From Callorhinchus milii (lineage: Eukaryota), in the NCBI RefSeq assembly GCF_018977255.1, contig NW_024704742.1:32738001-32802000 (forward strand): 64,000 nucleotides of DNA, given 5' to 3'. Made by a program: the position numbers and the translations under genes. The first letter of the stretch is position 1. Every line of letters starts with the position of its first letter. Below, piece by piece: positions 11,101 through 22,788 of the stretch. Under the pieces are notes generated by a model. The model saw only the letters and a list, made by a program, of their open reading frames with translations, ran no database searches and had not been told where the DNA came from.

Positions 11101-12435
11101 GTGGCTCCGTCCGACAACAGCAGCAACACGTTGCACTCGCAACAGCAGAGCTGCGCCGCGGCCAAGTGCCCAGTGCTTCCCAAGTCACCCCCCGCGCCAC
11201 CACCGGTGCCCGCCTTTCGCTCCATCAAACCGCCACAGCCCAGAGTGTCATCTGACAGCGAGAGGCAGCCCTCCCTCCACCAACCCTCCCTCCACCAGCC
11301 CTCCCTCCACCAGCCCTCCCTCCACCAGCCCTCCCTCCACCAACCCTCCCTCCACCAGAGCTCCCTCCACCAACCCTCCCTCCACCAGCCCTCCCTCCAC
11401 CAACCCTCCCTCCACCAGCCCTCCCTCCACCAACCCTCCCTCCACCAACCCTCCCTCCACCAGCCCTCCCTCCACCAGCCCTCCCTCCACCAACCCTCCC
11501 TCCACCAGCCCTCCCTCCACCAGAGCTCGGAGGGGCAACCCGTCACCGAGTACGAGAACTACCTGACCATCCCCATCAAGAAGCCTACCACCCCGCTCCC
11601 CGCCTCCGCTGCCTGCACCCGGGAGCCGCCGCCCCCAGCCCGGGCCCGCCTGCCCACCTCCGCCGGCAGCCCCGCAACCCCTCCCCGCGGGCCTCTCCCC
11701 GAGACAGCCGCCGCCACCATCTACCACCAGGCGCTGCCCCCGCACCCTCTGCCCCCGCTGCCCCCGCTCCCGCCTCTGCAGCAGCTGGGCTTCGGGCTGC
11801 CTGCCGCCACCGAGCTGGGGTCACCGGGCAAAGCCCTGCAGGGGGCCGGACCGCCCCCGATGCCCGGCTTCCAGTACCCGCAGACCCAGCGCAAGATGCT
11901 GCTGGACCCCAGCACCGGGCAGTGTTACCTCGTCGAGACCCCGGTCCAGCCGCCCCGCAAGAGGCTGTTCGATCCGGAGACAGGGCAGTACGTGGAGGTG
12001 CCTGTGCCCCATCAGCAGCCCATGACCCCCGTGCCCATGTCGCCCATCGCCATAAACCCCGGGACCTACGGCCCCACCTACATGATCTACCCCGGGTTCC
12101 TCCCCACCCCGGCCATGATGCCGGCCCGGACTCTGCAGACACAGCTTTCTCACCTCGAGAGCGAAGACAGCGAAGCCGACAGGACCAGCAGTCGGGAGGC
12201 GGCCATCCCGAGCCACCCAGCGGAGGCCTACTTCATGGAAAGCCCTTATTACATCCCAACAGGGAGATCGGTCAACCCCGCACAGGCGTCCCAGCACATA
12301 GCGGCGAGCAGGGCTGCCAAGGGCTTCTCGGAGGGAAAGCCACTGATCAGCATCACCTCCCAGCAAGGGCCAAGAATCGTGGCTCCTCCCTGCTTTGATG
12401 GCACCACCATGAGCTTTGTGGTGGAGCACAGATAA
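6046..12435 (+). CDS. C4orf54: C4orf54-like large low-complexity protein (DUF4585-type C-terminus); single coding exon interrupted by two frameshifts; true start uncertain (6046, 6523 or 6643)
   Basis: Motifs recognised from C4orf54 homologues occur in order across three ORFs: KYVEM, HYITTHEIQL, IHLSIRATSRA (frame of 6046..8235); SGASSAVSEMDEADREVRALTARAFRSL, KSKLASNLLQNVISKKMQ (8202..9476); RSQNSAFR, KMSHLFVPSIQ, PIHQVRDVRKLVK, TQRKMLLDPSTGQ..RLFDPETGQYVEVP, FDGTTMSFVVEHR* (9274..12435). The gene is convergent with MTTP, as in the mammalian locus. Confidence 0.88.
7216..7528 (+). repeat. Coding 21-bp minisatellite, 15 copies (ALHPETA/ALHPVNA)
   Basis: Unit GCCTT(A/G)CACCC(A/G)G(AGAC/TGAA)TGCT, in frame in C4orf54. 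Confidence 0.97.
8171..9325 (+). CDS. C4orf54: C4orf54-like segment 2 (middle frame)
   Basis: Frame of ORF 8202..9476: SGASSAVSEMDEADREVRALTARAFRSL, NKSKLASNLLQNVISKKMQYEQE, LQRQN. Boundaries are approximate. Confidence 0.75.
9326..12435 (+). CDS. C4orf54: C4orf54-like segment 3 (C-terminal frame with DUF4585-type region)
   Basis: Frame of ORF 9274..12435, from RSQNSAFR to ...GTTMSFVVEHR-TAA. Confidence 0.88.
11266..11520 (+). repeat. Coding 15-bp minisatellite, 17 copies (QPSLH)
   Basis: Unit CA(A/G)CCCTCCCTCCAC, one QSSLH variant, in frame in C4orf54. Confidence 0.98.
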
Positions 12436-12567
12436 AAAAAAAAGAAGAAGAAGAAGAAGAAGCATCAGCATGCCAAACGTGAGTATGAAAGCTTCCTGGA
12501 AAGGGTGTTGGGAGTCAATAACTAGTAATAGGATGTTCGCCACGTTTGGACTGGAATAAGGGTTGGT

Positions 12568-12925
12568 GGAGTCCGTGGCATTCGTGGTTTAAGAGCAAGC
12601 CAGAGGAACTGGGTTCGATGCCCGGGGAAAGGGCGAAACCTTAAGCAAGTTGACTTACTTCGCACGCCTCTGTTTGCCTAGCAGTCATTCGGAAAAACAC
12701 CGGTTGTTAGTAGATTGGTGGATCGCTTTCCAGCGGTATTAATCTCTTCAAAAAGGAAATAATAATTTGGTCACTCGATCCACAACTGTGGGACACTGCT
12801 GTGCACAATTGGCTGCAGTTTCCCCCACCAGATATAGTCAATTTACTTATATATATTCTGTGAAACGCTTTTGAGGCATCTCAGCAACGTGATAAGGTGC
12901 TATATTGAATGCAAGGATTAATATT
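12568..12925 (+). mobile_element. tRNA-derived SINE family A, near full length
   Basis: tRNA-like head (GGTTCGATGCC B box), body GCAAGTT..CTTACT..GCCTCTGTTT.CCTAGCAGT, tail AAGGTGCTATAT..AATGCAAGGATTA. Confidence 0.88.
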
Positions 12926-15900
12926 ATGAGGTACCGAGCGCAAATTTTGACAAGGGGGCTTTTATTCACTAGGAACGCTAAGGGTATTGCACTATATAAA
13001 ATGCTACCACAACTGGTATCTGCTTTCCATGGCTGTTTGTGAGGCGTTGCTATGCGCAAATCAGCTGACACATTTGCCCACAAAAACACACAAGGTCATA
13101 CCACTTGATGGTATATCCTGTGAAGCTCTTTGAAATGTCTTGATAACATGTTAAGGCGCTGTACCACATGCCAGGATTATTATTATCCATTTAATGAGGG
13201 TTCAAACCTATGCGGTTGCCAAATGTCAAATGATTAACGTGTAACTATCCTTCTTGGGGAGGTGGTGGGGCTGTGGGGGGGTAGCAACATCTCCGAGAGC
13301 TGATTTGGCTCCGAGGTGATATGCTTCGCCACAGAATGTCGGAATTGATGTTCTGTGATGGTCTCAGTCCTGTTCCTGAGCCGGAAGGTCGAAGTAGAAC
13401 TGTTATTGACAAACTGGCCGGGCGGATATGGTGGTCCTAGGTCTACAAGCAATAGAGGCTTGTCAGACATTGCTCACAATGGCAAGCTATGGGGTTCTGC
13501 TGATTAGACTCCAGCAGTACCCCAACACACACTCTATGGTCTTCAAGTCTTGCCAACCTGCACCTAATACTGTATGGAAGCAGGGTGAGCAGAGTGCATC
13601 CCTCCCTCCCAGGGAGAAAGAGTGCATTCCATTCCAAACACAGGGAATTTTCCATGAGCGCGTGGTATGCATATGTGGAATTCTTAATCTAGTTGGATAC
13701 TGTTAATCATGGTGATGGGTTTCTGACACCAGCCTGACCAAAACACATGTGAATGATCAGGTTGTATCTTCAAATTTAGCCCCATTAACAATACTCAGTC
13801 AGTTTAGTTGCTCCTCTAACCCTTACATTTGGAATTCTGTATTCCCTGTTACACCTACTTTTATCTTCTTCGAAGGCAATGCATGATTCAATGTGCCGTT
13901 CATCAATTGTATTCAAAGATTAGGGGTTGAGCGTTTTGCTGGGCAAGATGCGAGGAATGTATCTTTTTCTCTCAAGGTGAAATGGGCAGTTTCACTGAAA
14001 TATTCCATACAGCAGTTACAAACTCACTGACCACTTGCAATTGTAGTTACTGTGAATATTTAAATTTGTGATTCGAGTGATGTGAGCTGAATATCTTGAT
14101 CATTATTTTACCAGTCATTGTTCACCTTTATACTGCTCTAAATATAATGACAATGTTTGGTGATACTGCTAGGAACAAAGAGACATTTGGCTGTTTAATA
14201 CTACCGCCCCCTCCAAATGTCCAATTGATAGTTCCTTGAGGGAGGTGGTGGTGTTCGTTGGATGGCATTTGTCCAGGTTGAGCTCAATTTGGGCTGACAT
14301 TCCAGGATTGGGGGGGCTCACAGCTGCATTGATAGAGATGCTGTCTTTGAATGAGACATTCAACTGAGGTCTCATCTGCCTATGTTTTATTATTACTATA
14401 ATAATACTATATTCCTTGCATTTGATATAACGTCTTGTCATGTTGTCAAAATATCTCAAAGTGTATCACTTGATTTACTTACTGGGTAAATTTTGTAGGT
14501 AAATTCCGCAGCCAATTGCTCCAAATGTGGTCTAACCAAAGTTTTATATAAATTTAACATTACTTCCACTAAACAGACATGAATTGAACAGCCAGCTAAT
14601 CGAAAGGATTGTGGGTCAGGACACAGGGAGAAAGGATTTGGGGTATTTGCAAGGACACTGTGATGACTATCTAAATAGAGTTTCGTAAAGAAATGGAATC
14701 CATTTTCCAAAATATAACCAGTTGATTGAAGACAACAGAGCATTCCCAGAGATATACTGTCCAATGATTATGAATAATCACTTTTCTTCTAATGGTGTTG
14801 CTACATTGCATCTGCTATTAGAATTAGTAATCAAATGCAACGTAACCCCTATTTTGAAAATATTATTGATTTTAGACTAAAGTTTCTGTTGCATTTGAAT
14901 GGCAGCATGGAAAGCAAAGCCATGACTTCAATTGTATCATGCTCGCAAAACACCATAAAGTCAACTTCAACAACAGCACAGTGTGATTATGATGTGCAGA
15001 AGCTGAAGTGATTATTTTCCATTCGTTTCTGTCCTGAATCCTAATGTGTTTAATAGCCACAGTTTGCTGAGCCAGATAGTTCAGTGGTTGATGAAAGATA
15101 TAGTGTTAGTATGTAGTGCAAATTTCAAATTGCTTCATCTTTAAATATTAATATAATTATTCTGACTTTTTTGTAGTTTTATCTGTGTAGCATTTGTTAA
15201 TAAGTTCATTGATGGTATTTAATCTCCCTTTTTGTAGCGTGGCATAGGAGGTTTCAAATGATGGTTTTATGTTTTATGATGAGAGGCAGTGAATTGTATT
15301 GTAAATACTCCAAAAAGATAATCGAGTATGTTTCCATGATGAGAGCCATAATTTATTAATAATAATTAAAATCAGTTAATAATAACAATTATAGTAATTA
15401 TTATAATTATTAGTATATAATTATAGTAAGTAATAATAATTAAATGATAAAAACTAATAATAATGCCCTTTCTAATCACATGCACTTCGAGAGATATGAC
15501 AATTATCCCACTGTTGATATGAAAAAGAAAAGACATGTTAATGGTTTTTGATGGGATTCAGAGAAAACATGCACAACATTTGCTTAACTTCCTCCATATT
15601 TTAATTGCAGACAAAACAATATTCTCTCCTTCCTTCTCCTCATAAAACTTTGCAGTGTGTAAATTGGCTTCTGTGCCTACAAAATACACAACCACTACTC
15701 TCAATAGTGATTGCCGAGGGAGTTTGAGACGTTTGAAACTATTTTGCCATGTATTGTGTCTCTGTGATATTTATGTATTTATATACCACAAGTGATATTC
15801 AGATGAAGAAGTTCCTTCGGTCCATTTGCTCTCATCCTTCTAAAATATCCACTCAGCGTTTTCCGAACATAACATCAAGCTGTTTCTTAAATGAATCTAG

Positions 15901-17479
15901 TGTCCTGGCCTCTGTGCCTTCCCAAGTAACTCATACAGTCACTAATTACCCTCTGTGTGAAGAAATATTTGCGAGTGCCTCGACTTGCAAATATTTCTTT
16001 ACACAGAGGGTAATTGTCTTTCACAACCCTGAACCAGCTTTTTCCTTTTGAAAGTATTGTTCTGAATTTATTTTCTCAATCTAAAGGCCCCTTCTGAGAT
16101 GTCTCTTTGCTATGCTGTATCGTATTCTAACTTATTCAGAAGAGTAATAGCTGTTTGAAAGGACGTTGCTGGAATTTATTGCCCAATAACGTAACATATA
16201 CAAATGAAGAATTAAATTTGTTTGCTCACAAAATACATTCCTCTGAAAAGTATATCCAATGAAGCCTGGAAGGATTATTACATACTGAACACACAGGAGT
16301 ACAGAGCTATACCAATACAGATCACATTAATTCAAAGAAATAATCCAATAATATTTATAATTAATTTAACTTGTGTTAATTAACTTATGCCTCTTCTTCA
16401 ATGAATGTGTATGTGTCTGTTGTACTGTTTTAATTATAGTAAACCTTGCATTTGATATAGCGCCTTATCACGTTGTTGAGACATCTCAAAGCGCTTCACG
16501 GGATATACTGTAAAGTGGATTGACTGTGTATTTTGTGGATGAAACGCGGTAGCCTATATGTGCACAGCAATGTACCACAAACAAGTGAGGGACAAATTTA
16601 ATTTGAGGGATTGTAAGCCAGGGACCTTGGGAGAAACTCCCTTCTCTTTTCAAATAGTGCCACAAGATCTTTACCGTCCACCTGAACAGCCAGATGGGAC
16701 CTCAGTTTTACATCTCATCCCAAGGACGGCATCTCGACAATGCAACACCAGACAGCACTGCATGGAGTGTCTGCTTAGTCTATGTGAGTTCAAATCCTGA
16801 TGTGGGATTTGAACCCACACATGTCTGACTCGGAGGCAGGCTGGCACAGGACATCAGATTGAGTCTAGCTTTGCTTCACTGGGATCAGGAATAGATTGTT
16901 TCATAAGCTGTGCTATCATTCAGTATAAAAAGATTTGTTTCATTATCTATCACTATTGTCTTTTATCTCAATAGGACTGCAAATGTGCTTCAATGGTGCA
17001 ATAAAAACTGAGTATTACAAATTCAATTTTACTTTTACAAAAGGAACTCAACTGAGACACCACAGAGGTCTCAGCCAGACTGTCAGGTGGGCAAGGTGGA
17101 ATGGACAAAAGGCACAAGAAAAACAAAAACAAACACAGCAGACAAATTAATTCAGGCACTATTATACACTCAATGACCTGATTAAGAGTAGCATTGGTAG
17201 AGAACTAGAAATAGACTTACTATGAAATCAAGTTACTGTATTTGTAGACAAATGCGGCAGCTAGATGCGCAAAAACAGCCATGAAACGAATGACCAATTT
17301 TATTTGGAGGATTGTTGGCCATGACACTGGGAGAGGAAAACTTTGTTTTCTTTTCGAATAGTGCCATGGGATCATTAACGTTCACCTGGCGAGGGAGACA
17401 GGACCTGGGTTTAACATCTCATCTAAAGGATAGCAACTCCGACAATGCAACTTCCCGGATATACAAATTAAAGTCCCGA

Positions 17480-18081
17480 CGTGCGGTGGGGTGGAGTGGG
17501 GGAGATAAGCAGGGTATCCTTAGAGCTGAACTGGCTGCAAGGTAATATGTTTGGCGACTTCATGTCAGAATCCAGTCAACTCTCTGTGGCAGTCCTGTTC
17601 CTGACTTAGGCATGTCCGAAATACTCCAGGCACTGCTAACATCCCAGCCAGCATGGCTCATCGGCAGGACGTAGAAGGGCAGAGCAGTTCCTGGAAACAG
17701 GGATTCTTCCCACTCAGCTCCTGTTAGCCCCGCAAGCCAAAATCCTTATGGGTATGGTCGTCCGAGCTGGACAAGCAGCGGTAAAGCTTGACAGGCAGTG
17801 CTTTCAATGGCAAGCAATGCAGTTTTGGCTGGTTAGACTTTAGCAGTACCCCAAACGCACTCTCGGCTCCCAAGCTTTGATTCTTGCCAACCTGTGCCTA
17901 GTACTCTTTGGAATTGGGTAAGCAGGATGCTTCATTCCAGGGAGAGAATGCACATTCCACTTCAATAATCTTGGGAATTTCCACGTGTAGGTGGGATGCA
18001 TGGAACTCTCAGTGCTTTGGATACTCTTAAGCATATGATGGGTTTCCGCATATGTCAGACACACAGCTGCCAAAAAAAAAC
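17480..18081 (+). repeat. Unclassified ~0.5-0.6 kb poly(A)-tailed interspersed repeat (copies 13260-13745 +, 19340-19665 -)
   Basis: Shared blocks CAATGGCAAGC, AGCAGTACCCCAA, TTGCCAACCTG..CCTA, CCAGGGAGA, TGATGGGTTTC; A-run at the 3' end of two copies. Confidence 0.75.
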
Positions 18082-21000
18082 AACCTGTGACCTCACTGTG
18101 TGACTTTACGTATACTGTATTCACCGCCTAAACTGGAGCCGTTTTACTAAATGCACAATTTAATAGTGGCTATTATTTAGATATTGCTAAATTCTCCACG
18201 TGGGGATAAAATTAACTTTTTGATACAAATGTTTTTGCCCGATTTGGGCCGTACCAAGTTTACTGATGTCGCAACTATCCAGAAGGCTATTAATTGAGGC
18301 AGTGTCATGCAAGATCTGATCAGTTTTAGATTCATTGGAATCTTTCACTGAAAATGGAGCTTTCTAGATAGGTGCAGTACTCAAAACAGGCTCAACACAT
18401 CTATAGGTCAATTTCCTTTGTTGGTAATATGCCAATGTCTTTAATTGGGACAGCTGTAGCAATTGCTCTCTCTCTCTCTCTCGCTCTCTCTTTCTCTGAA
18501 GAGCAACACATAGAGCAACAGACCCAAATGGGTGATGAAGAAGAAGGATTTGTTCAAGTGAAAGAATTTTAGGGCGTGGATGAATGCATCTCGGTGTATC
18601 TAAAGAGCAAGGTGTGAGGAGATTCAGATTGATCAGGGAGGCCATCACAGAGCTTTGCATGTTGATTTTTCTGGAGCTGACACGTTTTCTATTAAAGTTA
18701 TAGCTGTCTTTTTCAGATGGCACTATTGAAATACACACAGATATTGAAGACCGGTTGTGTGGTTTTTTTTTATGTGTCTCCACATTGAGTCCCAGTGGGC
18801 CCTTATTGTAATATCAGAGATTGTGTAGGGATTTAAAAAATACGTGTACCATGTGCACATGGGTTTCCAAAAAGTAATGACATCCTAATCGATCATGTGT
18901 AACACAGACCAATCAATTTGCATGTTTAATTTCGGTTCAATCCCCAAGATCTGTCAAACATGCCAGTTGATTGTCACAAATGTTACATGCATCATCAGAG
19001 GTAAAGCGAACTCAAAGCATGGGTATGTGAAGTTGCTAAGGGGATGATATTTCTTAAAAAGTAACAAATATATGCGTAGGTAACCATAGATTTTCAAACC
19101 AAGTGTTTGGAAAGGTGAACTTTGAACAGAAAGTACTCCCATTTCACTGTTCATTCAATGCTTTAGCTTTGTAATTATAGTTTCAGGTTAAATGACCTTT
19201 TGTTTATATTATATGGTCTCCACAGCAATTGAAAAACCTGATCTTGCTCTCTTTCTATTAATTTTAGGTGTACTTGCTGGGTTATCAGTTTATTTCAATA
19301 TGCAAAGGTTAAGGCAAAGCAAATTATAAGTCAGAATTGTTTTTTTTGGATAGCTGGATGACTGACACATGCGGAAACCCATCACCATGCTTTAGGGTAT
19401 CCAAGCTAAGCTGAGAATTCCATGCATCCCACCTACACATGGAAATCCCAGGGATAGATTGTTGGAATGGTATGTGTACTCTCTCCCTGGAGGGATGCAT
19501 TTCGCTTACCTAATTCCAGAGAATATTAGGCATAGGTTGGGGACCCCAGAGTGCGTGCTGGGTTACTGGTGGAGTCCACCTAGCTAAACCAGCATAGCTT
19601 ATCATTGAAACTGCTGTCTGGCAAGCTTTCCTGCTGCTTGTCAGTTAGGACTACCCTATCTGTTAGGGTTTTTAGAAAAAGCTCTTTCGATAAGATTGCA
19701 TGTGCAGCAATAAAATGTGCATGACATTAATTCTGACGTTGTGTATATTCATTTAGGAGGAGACGATGATGAAGAATGTTGTAAGAAGACTGCTTTGCAA
19801 TGCAAAACCACTGTTTAAAACTTACTTTGTTCTTCTGTTCTCCAGATTCAAATGTAGTTTATGTGTGTTTATTTTTGCTTTGTTCAAAATGAAACAAAAA
19901 ATTTGCACCACTTTTTTTTCAGCATGCACACATATTATTTTATGCACATTCAATGCCTCTTTACTATATTTAGGTGATAATAACAAGGTATTTGACTGCG
20001 CTTTATCTCATCAGTATGGTAACAGGTTTGTCAATGTAGTGAACCTTGTGCACGACAGCACTTTGATACATAAAGGGTATAATTGTGACGAGTCACAAAT
20101 AAGCTAACCTTTCTGCGTTTTACCAGTGTTTTACCAAAGTGGTTCTTTTGTGGCGTTTGACATTTTTTCGCCAACGCCAAAGTGCTCAAGGAAATATTCT
20201 TGCAATTCAACCCTCACCTTCTCTCTTTAATAACCTCTGAAATAGGTAATCTAGTGAATGATAAAACATATCAAGTTCATAAGAGTTTTTAACATATCCA
20301 TACCTCAGCTGTTTTAAGGGTGCAACCTACTGAACATTCTCAGTCCAGAGCTGTAAAGCAGCAGTATTTAATATGCAGGATATTTTGTTGGATTTTTCTT
20401 AATATTAGACTATTACTAAAGACTTGCCGTGGAGTTTCTCTGCTCTTTATAAAGCTGTTTTTTATTCAAGTCTTCACAGACATTACCAAATTATATAATA
20501 TTGGTTTCAGAAACCTGTCTTCCTTTTTTATATAGAGAAGACATCATTGTAAATTAAGGCAGACAGTACCTTGAAATACTAATTGTTTGTTCTTAAGAAG
20601 TTTGTTCATCCAATATTGTTCATCCAATATGAGCACACATTGATGTTATCTTAATGTGATACATGGGCGCCAATCACAAGTACTGTACTTGACATTACTG
20701 GATTTGTAGCAAATTGTATCCATCATATTTTATTTCATTAGTTTTTCATCTTTAAAAATGTGGCTCTACCTTTTACATGTTGGAAGTGTGCACAACTGAT
20801 GCAGATTCGAAATTGTTTTTAATCAGGATAAGGAGCTACTGTGGCCTTCATATCATGGAGAATTATATCGAGAATTATCACTGTAAAATCTGAATGTAAC
20901 TCTTGTCCCATGGTATTAATTGCTCATGTGTATAGATTATTGTTTTTCTGGCCCATCACAGAACATATTGGTGCTATGTCAAAGGCCGAGCCATCTCAGT

Positions 21001-22643
21001 TTACAGGATGTGAATGTGCAACATTTCTCAGGGTTTACATTCATTTTGTTTACACTCTAGATGTACAGAGCTATAATTTGGATCATTTGTCGCACAACAG
21101 TTGAACTAAAGAGACACATCTTCCTTTTTTATGAGACTGACTTTTCAAAACAGTCAGAAATCAGATCCACACAATATGAGACGTGGCTATGATTTTCCCC
21201 TTTTTTGCCCAGTCACAGACTGAGGGATTGTCACTGGGTATAGTTTTTGAAGCAGATGTTGATCTCCCTTAGTATTTATTCCCAGTTGAAGTTATACCAA
21301 ACTTAGTATTGGGCCAAAGCCAAACTTTTACATGCTACTGAGAGATTTTCCCATTTCTTAACAGGATGATTAATGCTAAATGAGGCAATATGAACAAAAT
21401 GCTTGAAATGTGAATCCATCATATTGTGAAAGAGAACTGCAGTGCTTTAAACGTTGCAAAGTGTAAACCTATTTAAATCGACTCCTTAGGGATGTGGAAC
21501 ATTTTATCTATGGACCTCATCCATCACCAAACAAATCTGCAATCATTCCTGGTGTCAACATGCAGGACTAACTTGGAATTTAAGCACCAGCCAAGTTCTG
21601 CATCAACACTGGCACCTGGTTTATATTTCATTGGTTGTCCAGCCCAGACTGATGGCATCCAATGTCACCTCTCACTGCTGCCTGTAAGGGTTCTGCATGA
21701 AATTAGTTCAGATAGCCTCGTCTCAACTCATTTCCAAGCAGGGCTGAGGTTAAGCATGACATTGCCCACCATTTGGTACATGCTGAAAGTGAGAGCAAAA
21801 AGACGTGGAAAATATTCCAATTCCCAGTACTAACAATCCTTAAATTTTATTCCCTCTGTCCTCACTTCTCCAACAATTATATGATAGCAATATAGGACTA
21901 GGTAAAACAGCTATTAGCTAATAACATATGTCTGATCAATACATATTTTTATGGCAACAAAGGGGAAAATAAGGGCTTGCATATTTTCATATTTTGCATT
22001 TTCTTTCCTGTAAAATCTAGTTACATTTTTTGAAAAAAATGTTTATTTTCATTTTCAAATACAATATAAAGAAACCACAAAAATAGGTTAGAGAGGCTCA
22101 GTTCTGAGACCAGAATCCTATACAGGCAGCAGCTAATAGCTCCTAATCACATACAAAACTAATATATAAACTTATATCAATGTATTGAATATCAATATAT
22201 CAAAAAACATTATTTATATACTTGAGTGGAAAAGAGAGATCTCAAGGGATCCTAGATTTCAATAACAACAACAAATTAAATTTGTATAGCGCCTTTCACA
22301 TCGGGAGGATGTCCCAAGGCGCTGGACAGTCAGTGTTTCAGACCCGAGCAGGGGTCGGGATTGGGAAGGGTGGAGGGCAGGAGGGAAGCAGGGAGATTGA
22401 AAGCACGGTCGAAGGGGAAGGTCTTGAAGGAGGTAAGGAAGGGATGAGGTGGAGGGACTGATGTATGGAGTTCCAGAGGGTAGAGGCAGAGTGGCAGAAA
22501 GATCTGGGGGATGTGAAGCAGGTTGGAGCTCGCTGAGCAGAGGGAACAGGCAGGATGGTAGAGGGTTAGAAGGTCGCAGAGGTAGGAGGAAGCAAGACCA
22601 TGGAAGGGATTGAAGATGAGGACCAGGATTTTGAACTGTATCC

Positions 22644-22788
22644 GAAAACAAAAATAGAAGTTTCTGGGAACACTCAGCAGGTAAGGCAGCATCTATGGAG
22701 AAAGGAAAGTGAGTCAACGTTTCGGGTCCATGACCCTTCGTCAGAACTTCGTCAGATTTTCAGCATCTGCAGTATTTTCCGTTTTGTC
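22644..22788 (-). mobile_element. Short non-autonomous Penelope-like element fragment nested in the L2
   Basis: Non-L2 sequence flanked by the direct repeat TTGAACTGTATCC (22631-22643 and 22789-22801); contains a hammerhead-like motif. Confidence 0.7.
22712..22748 (-). ncRNA. Minimal type-I hammerhead ribozyme motif (Penelope-associated type)
   Basis: Minus strand AGTT-CTGACGA-A-GGGTC ATG GACCC-GAAAC-GTT-GACT: CUGANGA box, 5-bp helix II, GAAA, palindromic ACGT helix III, 4-bp helix I. Confidence 0.6.

Noticed and set aside
5934..12543. Many long overlapping ORFs on both strands (for example 9139..11142 -, 667 aa; 8040..9518 -, 492 aa)
   Set aside because: Expected shadows of a very GC-rich, stop-poor coding exon; no recognisable motifs.
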